Source of the DNA: Octopus sinensis
Lineage: Eukaryota
Direction: 5' to 3'
Length of the DNA: 64,000 bases
NCBI RefSeq assembly: GCF_006345805.1
Contig: NC_043015.1
Coordinates: 3,658,001 to 3,722,000, forward strand
In this document: positions 56,971 through 64,000 of the stretch, in pieces
Layout of the letters: each line of letters opens with the position of its first letter
Numbering within the stretch: position 1 is the stretch's first letter
Program-made: the position numbers and the translations under genes
The notes under the pieces: model-generated
What the model saw: the letters and a program-made list of their open reading frames with translations, nothing else
The model's database searches: none
What the model was told of the DNA's origin: nothing

Positions 56971-57999
56971 CATACTTATATGAATATTTAAATATATTCA
57001 AATATGCACTTGTATGTTTCCACGCAGTATATGTTTATACGTATTTCTGCATTTATGTGTGATAAAAAGGAAATTTTATACATTTTTGCATTAGTTTTGA
57101 TTGGTTAGATGCCTATATGTTTTAAGCAAATTTGCTTCCTTTCTAATATATCTGCAGCTGTTATACTCCAACATGACAGTTCCTGTAAGCTGAATAAGAA
57201 CACCTAACAGAATTTTAAATGAGCGGTATTTTTCTTAGATCTAATTGATTCTATACGCATTCTGACCGTTACGAACTCACTGCAATATTACTGCTGCCTG
57301 ATAGTAATCATTATCACCATCTCTAAATGTATTTGATTTACATTTATTGTACCAAGTTTACCAGAGAGTTATTAAATATAAGTACTTCATAGTTGTAAAA
57401 TAATATCCGGTTACATAAAAAACGTGCATAGAGAAATTTTGAAACTCCACGTATAAAAGTAATCCTAAATTTAAAATAAAACACATTTACATACACATTT
57501 AAAAAGCATATTTCTTGTGTACTTCCAGTAACGCACTTGTAATTATATAGAGCAGTGTTCACGAGCGCTCTATAAGAATTAATATTTCATTGCTTGGTAT
57601 ACCTATATGAATCTCTGACCCCGGCTTTCCATATAACATCCAGCAAAATGGATACTTTCTAATAAATGTATTTTTGTATGCTGTATATTACAGTTACACC
57701 AGAATTTGTCACGATGGAAATCTTTTACGAGAGTGATGTGAAGAGATTCGGAAATTTATCATGAAGTGCTTTTCTGTCCTCAAGTCTTACACTAAATTGA
57801 ATAACTTTTTTATGATATTTTATACAAGTAACTTTCAGATCCTATATCGCATTTTAATGTGGAAAGCAAATTGTGGGCACGCACACATGTACAGTCACAC
57901 ATCATATATATCTACCAAATTAAGCTTGAAATAGCCCAAAATGATAGAGATGTAATCATTTTTCTGGAAGCTCTGAGAAAACAAGATGTTGATTATATC

Positions 58000-58320
58000 C
58001 CTATTTCCCTTAGTATAATGATGTGGCTGCAATTGGTGGTCTTAATTCTGGTCTTTCTATTATTGACGGTGCTGCTATTTTATTCTACACCCCTTTCTCT
58101 TGGTCGACCCAGAAGTAATGCATATGATACCTTCACGGTGTACGTATTACAAATACCATGTCATCTACTTGATTTAAGGAAACGCTTATCTAAAGCTGGA
58201 AAAACTCTCAAGCAATTCTCGTTGAAGTATGTGAAACGGGATTGGGTTATACCAGAGAACGGCGTGTTTCTTAGAATTGTGGTTTGGCTTATAGTTTCCA
58301 GAGGGAATACTCGTTGTGTT
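58000..58320 (-). mobile_element. Decayed Penelope-like element ORF fragment (RT thumb/linker before GIY-YIG)
   Basis: Minus frames give KKHAVLWYNPIPF (about 58232-58272) and ALDKRFLKSSR*HGICNTYTVKVSYA (about 58118-58196), matching the PLE pattern RKRxIxWFNPP...LIDKHFP...LHKIFNRNTVKVSYS. Confidence 0.7.
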
Positions 58321-58961
58321 GTGGGTTGTAGTATGGTAATGTTATGTGTGTCTAGGTGTTTTGGTGTGTACTTCAGGGTTAGACTAAACCTTTTTGATAT
58401 GTATGGTCAATCCGCACTCCGTTCCTTTACGCTAACCATACGTTTGCATCTGGCGTTATTATTAGTGGTGGTGCAATTGGCAGAATTACGTATATCGGCG
58501 TTATGTATGTATGCGATTTCCTCTCGGTAACCAACACTAGCCAAAGAAGTGTTGTAATAGGGTGCATGTGTTTCAAAATATTGTCTACTTGTTGGGAACT
58601 TTGATATTCTAATTGAAATATTCTTAACTAATTCCCGTATTGTACAGGGTACATTATTTGGTGGTACATATTAGAAACCATAACATTTGTGTGAGAAGAC
58701 TCATTATGTAGTGCAAGTTCGTTATGTTAATTATTCCATTTGCTTTTCTACTTCTCCAATGCAGTGCATCACGCCATTGCTAAAGCTTGCGCTAAACAGC
58801 GATGTCTTGCACTTGTATTAAATTAGGTCCTATACATATCTCAATGACGCATACTAATGCAATCCTACAAAGGTTGTTTCTCTTAAAATCACTGTAAAGT
58901 ATTTTCGTTTCTCTTACGTAACCCGACAATAGGAAGTAATTTTGAATGAATTTAAGCAAAA

Positions 58962-59140
58962 GGCTTACGAGTACTGTGTGGAAAGTAGCTTGCTTACCAA
59001 ATACATGATTCCGGGTTCAGGCCCACTGCGTGGCCCCTTGGGCATGTGTCTTCTATAGCCTCGGGCCGGCCAAAGCTTTGTGAGTGGATTTGGTAGACGG
59101 AAACTGAACGAAACCCGTCGTATGTATGTATATATATATA

Positions 59141-59207
<67 letters not shown>

Positions 59208-59428
59208 CAGTGTGTGTGTGTATACATATATATATAGAGAGAGAGAACATCGTTTGACAACCGATGTTGGTGTGTTACGTCCCATAAACTTAGCGGTTCG
59301 GCAAAACAGACCGATAGAATAAGTACTAGGATTTCAAAGAATAAGTCCTGGTATCAATGTGTTCGAATAAAGGAAGTGCTCCAGGATGGCTACAGCATGA
59401 CTGAAACAAGTAAAAGTCTAAAGGAGTA
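58962..59428 (+). mobile_element. tRNA-derived SINE with an internal (TA)n(TG)n microsatellite
   Basis: Head gtactgtgtggaaagtagcttgc ... GGGTTCAGGCCC (B-box-like), body ending gaaactgaacgaaacccgtcg, internal microsatellite, and 3' part gacaaccgatgttggtgtg ... gactgaaacaagtaaaag. Confidence 0.85.
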
Positions 59429-60537
59429 ATACTTGTTCAATGGCTCAGCAGAATGACAAAATTTATTTTATACAAGTTACTGCTCCATTTCTTTATCGTA
59501 TAATATCTGAGATATTTTTTTGTTATACACTACAAAAGTCAGGTTAACACAGTTATTAAGAAAATACCAGTTTTCTCATGGAAATATAGGGAAGGGATCT
59601 CATACAGAAACGAAAAATAAACTGCGTAACTGTTCAAAAATCAATGCATAATGAGACATAGAAAATTCTACAATCTTTCATTTTCAAATACAATCAATGA
59701 GTAGTCGCTATAAATTTCGATCCAGAATATTATATATATATATCTTTATATATTACAATAAAGAAGACTAAAGGCTCCACAAAACTTTTAGCGCAGATGT
59801 AGAATATGATACACTTAGAGCAGGATAAATCTCTGATAAGTCAATATGCAGTCACGTTCATATCAAGAATACAATTGAGCACTGGTTGTAACAGCTGAGA
59901 CTTAGAGTTATAATCACATGCATAAATCTTCGTTATTGGATTAGAAAATCAGTGACATTTTACCGAAACGTTTAAGGCAATGTTCAAAAAAGAATCAGAT
60001 TTCAGATTATTTGGAGATACTTGTCAAACGGCCATGTTAACTTGTATTTATTAAAAAAATATGAGATTACTGATGTCCCTCATAAACATATCAAAAGTTC
60101 TTAATTTTTAGAGGATGAAATGTGCCTACTCACCAAATATAAATCAAATAATTGGATTAGTAAGTCATAAGTACTTTTAAAAATTTGGATAGACTGAAGG
60201 TATGAGCTGAATAAAATATAAAGAGAATGCATGTTTTTTTTTTAATAACGTCTTGTAAGCCACAATGCACTAAATCTAATTAACATAAGATCATGGTTAT
60301 AAACCCCTGAACTATAACAGATTACGGTAGAATGCCAAAATATTATTTTTCATAACTTACGTTTCCAAGTATTTAATTGTATATTCCCACCTGCGAGATT
60401 TTCTGTGAAATACGGAGATGTCTCATGCATAAGCAGAAGAGGGGTTATGTAAATCTTAACAAAAAAAAACAACAAATATAAAAATAGTATTTCAAAAAAT
60501 GTAGGGGAGGGTGTAATACATTACGTTCCATAATGTG

Positions 60538-60576
<39 letters not shown>

Positions 60577-60700
60577 GATAACAATGGGTAAATTGTCGCC
60601 AATTTTACATTTTTAATTTCACGCATGCGTATAACTTTTTTAAAATTTATCGACTACACAGTATAGTAGGTTTAGTTGGGCACCGTCTGTGAGAAGTACA

Positions 60701-60772
60701 ACGTAAACACACCAGCATCGGTTGTCAAGCAATGCTAGGGGGACAATCACAAACACACAAACACACACACAT

Positions 60773-60838
<66 letters not shown>

Positions 60839-61000
60839 GACGGGCTTCATTCAGTTTCCGTCTATCAAACCCACTCACAAGGCATTGGTCGGCCCGGGGC
60901 TATAGCAGGAGACATTTTCGCAAGATGCCACGCAGTGGGACTGAACTCGGAACCATGTAGTTGGTTAGCAAGCTACTTACCACACAGCCACTCCTGCGCC
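60701..61000 (-). mobile_element. Second copy of the microsatellite-containing SINE, 3'-truncated and inverted relative to 58962-59428
   Basis: Minus strand GGCGCAGGAGTGGCTGTGTGGTAAGTAGC ... GAGTTCAGTCCC, then (TA)n(TG)n, then gacaaccgatgctggtgtgtttacgt. Confidence 0.88.
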
Positions 61001-61129
61001 TATACTACTCTTGTAGTTCTTATGAGAAAAGAACTCCTGAATTTGCTGATGAGATACAGGTTATGATTGACAACGATACTTCCAGAGCCAGGGACGTAAG
61101 AGTGTCAAAGTTATTTTAGCAGGCAGATA

Positions 61130-61790
61130 GTGCCTGAAGACATTCGGTGGTGCTCATACAAGGTGAGAAAGGGACAATTTTTATCTAAATCCTTCACGGA
61201 AAATAGAAGAGAACGCGCGACAAAACTTTTGTCTAAAACTCAAGCATTATCTGCAACTGAAACTGGACTTTCTTTTCTTAGACCAAAAGAATTTCAGTCA
61301 ATATCAGATGATGAACACACAGAAAAGCCGTTGGTTGCCCGTGAACCAAAACATGTGCCGAGAGTGATAAAAATCAAACATGCAGTCAACATCATGGTGT
61401 TAGAAGTGATCACTACTGATGGTGACGTTATGCCTATCGTCATCTTCTCACACGACCTCAGACTCAACAGCAAATGCCTGGAGTGGTTGCAGAAAGATCC
61501 CATGACTTGCAACAAGACTGCACTATGTCACACTAGCAGGAGAAGCCAGTTATGGCTGTCATGATATTTCTACGATCACATTACCCCTAGCACCTGGTCA
61601 TATAACCCCCCAGACTGCAACGCGTTTGATTAATATGTTTGGGTTGCAGTTGAACGAAAGACCAACAAAACTAACTGTAACACCAGAGATTAACTGACGA
61701 AAATGATTATGAAAGCATTCACCTACTTAAACAAGAAGAGCATCCAAAATAGTTGCATGATACTCCGAAATCATCTGGAGGTCGTGATAT
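61130..61790 (+). mobile_element. Decayed mariner/maT (DD37D-type) transposase
   Basis: EDIRWCSYKVRKGQFLS...VPRVIKIKH..NIMVLEVITTDGDVMP...CHTSRRSQLWLS, continuing YDHITPSTW...PPDCNAFD*YVWVAVERKTN. Confidence 0.85.
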
Positions 61791-61810
61791 ATAAAGAGTT
61801 AGATACATAT

Positions 61811-61853
<43 letters not shown>

Positions 61854-62064
61854 TTAAAATTTTATGTGTATATATGTATGTATGTATATATGTATACGTA
61901 TTTATATGCAAACATACTTACAGAAACGGGTCACTAGGGCTACATGTAACGGTACAAAAAGAAATGAAACTCAATACACTGTATAAAGTAAAGTATATTT
62001 TAAAAAAATATACATATAACACCTTGTTTATGAATGTGAGATAACAGTTTGATAAATGTAGCTG

Positions 62065-62420
62065 CGCTCAGACGTCCTCAATCCCGCCTGTAACATAAGG
62101 CATATGTTTCTGTCCCCCTTTTGGGAAGATCTTCCGACATCATCTTGGTATTTGCCACTAGCTTGTCTTTGGTTTTGCAGGTGGAACCGTTGCTGTCTTA
62201 CTCATGCGATTACAATTGGAGGTATTTGGTTGCCAAAAATTGGCACTCCTGCTTCTTATACTTTCTGGAAGTATAACAAGGAGCATCGCGTTGACGTCTG
62301 AATGTAGTCCAACAGCATCTGGATGAAATCCAGCATGCAGAGGCAACCCGAACGCCTGCTGTGTACATCCCTGCTGGCTGCACCAGTTTGTCTCCTTCAG
62401 CTTTCCATGTCACATATTTC
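62065..62420 (-). mobile_element. Second decayed maT-type transposase fragment
   Basis: Minus frames give WISSRC...RDAPCYTSRK and STCKTKDKLVANTK...EDLPK, matching the same C-terminal region as 61130-61790. Confidence 0.65.
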
Positions 62421-63513
62421 AACTTGTACTATGTATACAAGGCATTCAACAAGAGCCATAATGCCGGCACTTTGACACCCGGCACGAACACTCGTTATAC
62501 AGGTAACTAGTTGCTGATATTAACATGACTTAACCACCTGTCTATCAGGTAACCTCTTCCAACGCAACTTTAATGTTTATGCTTTCCAATACAGTTGGCA
62601 TTTCAACTGTGTATAGGATATATGAAAATCGTCATTTGTAGTCCGAACACCGTGTATATGCACACACGCAGAAATGTTAAACAGAATCACAAACATATAT
62701 ATTCAGAAGCACACACAAATGTTTGTGTATATAAGTGTGATGCATATATGCACATAAAGGAAGCGGGTGAATGCAATGGAAACTCACTAAATAATAGGAA
62801 AAACTCGTCACACACTGAGTTACACGCACCTATGCACATGCATCCTCAGGGATAAAGGCAAATTCGTGATAAATGACAGGCAAAGCGCTCCAAGTTGAAA
62901 ACATTTGTTTAGCTCGGGTCAAAGAAGCCACGTACGAATTAGCGATCTCTACTATTCTACACAAATATCGTTAAAGCCATACGCCAGCAGCCTACGGTCA
63001 ACGATACGCACACACACACGCCAACACACAGACACACACAAACGCAAAGAGACAAGCATATAAACACGATCATTCCCGTACAGCAAATACAGTAATCGTG
63101 TTGGTACGATATATTACTCTGAAAACGGAAGAACTTGCTAGAAAAAAAGAAAGAAAAAAGAAACAGATACACATATTCAACAAATATACTTTCGAACAGT
63201 TCTTAAAACCAAGACACTATCATGAAGGAACAAATACCCTTTCGCATACATACATGGGACGCCGTAGAGTTTCATGTCGATTATTCCTCTCACAAATTAC
63301 ACTCAGTAACACAATAAATCACTCATATACACTATAAACCTCGACATAAATTATAAAGAAAATACGACGCATTAATATTAATTTTACCTATATATTGTAA
63401 TTTTGAGGGTGGCACCGAAACAAACAAGGGTATACTTGTCGGACTCCCCATGAACTACACCTCCCAGGTGTAGAAAATTTAGATATTCACACAGTTGTGG
63501 TCACAAGTCTGTT

Positions 63514-63780
63514 TCTCTCCCCACCTCTATCTCTGTGTGTGTATGTCTCTCTCTCTTTCTCTATCTATCTATCTGTCCATCTGTATCTCTCCCCACCTCT
63601 ATCTCTGTGTGTGTGTCTCTCTCTCTTTCTCTATCTATCTATATGTCCATTTGTATCTCTTTCTTACTCTTTCTTATTATTTATCTATCTCTGTATATAT
63701 TTATCTGTCTATCTTTTTCTGTCACTCATTATTTCCCTCTATCTATCTATTTATCTATCTCTTATGGTTCTATCTAGCCA
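63514..63780. repeat. CT/CTAT-rich low-complexity tract with a 72-bp tandem duplication
   Basis: tctctccccacctctatctctgtgtgtgt...gtccat recurs at 63514 and 63586. Confidence 0.85.
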
Positions 63781-64000
63781 TTCATTTATGCATTTATATA
63801 TGTGTGTGTAGAACCATATGTGGTATTCCAATATAGCATATGGTGCACAAAAGCCACAGTAAGTAATGTGTTTGAGAACATTCAGTATTAACGTATGCCA
63901 AAAATAAGAGAAGCATTGCAGTATAGAAATCAGAATATTAAAAACGAAGCAAGAAAAATATTTTCTGACAAACAGCATCTAATGGAACAGAGGATGCAAG

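Overview
AT-rich, microsatellite-dense eukaryotic non-coding DNA. The SINE families recalled from memory and the repeat landscape point to an octopus (coleoid cephalopod) genome; this is inference, not a database result. No intact host protein-coding gene can be supported, and most listed ORFs are microsatellite translations or fragments of decayed transposons. Recognisable decayed elements: CR1/L2-type and RTE LINE fragments, a BEL/Pao LTR remnant (26.2-28.0 kb), a Gmr1-like Ty3/gypsy remnant with integrase upstream of RT plus PPT and 3' LTR (52.1-54.4 kb, minus), four Tc1/mariner transposase remnants, a Penelope-like RT remnant (about 58.1 kb, minus), and many tRNA-derived SINEs, including head-to-tail concatemers. 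The most notable signal is a set of non-coding Penelope/retrozyme-like elements carrying type I hammerhead ribozymes (HHRs). A ~590-nt tandem array (29186-30577) has two core-intact HHRs on the minus strand that would release a 587-nt monomer. Related degenerate, inverted or fold-back copies and other HHR-bearing ends sit next to (TA)n tracts.
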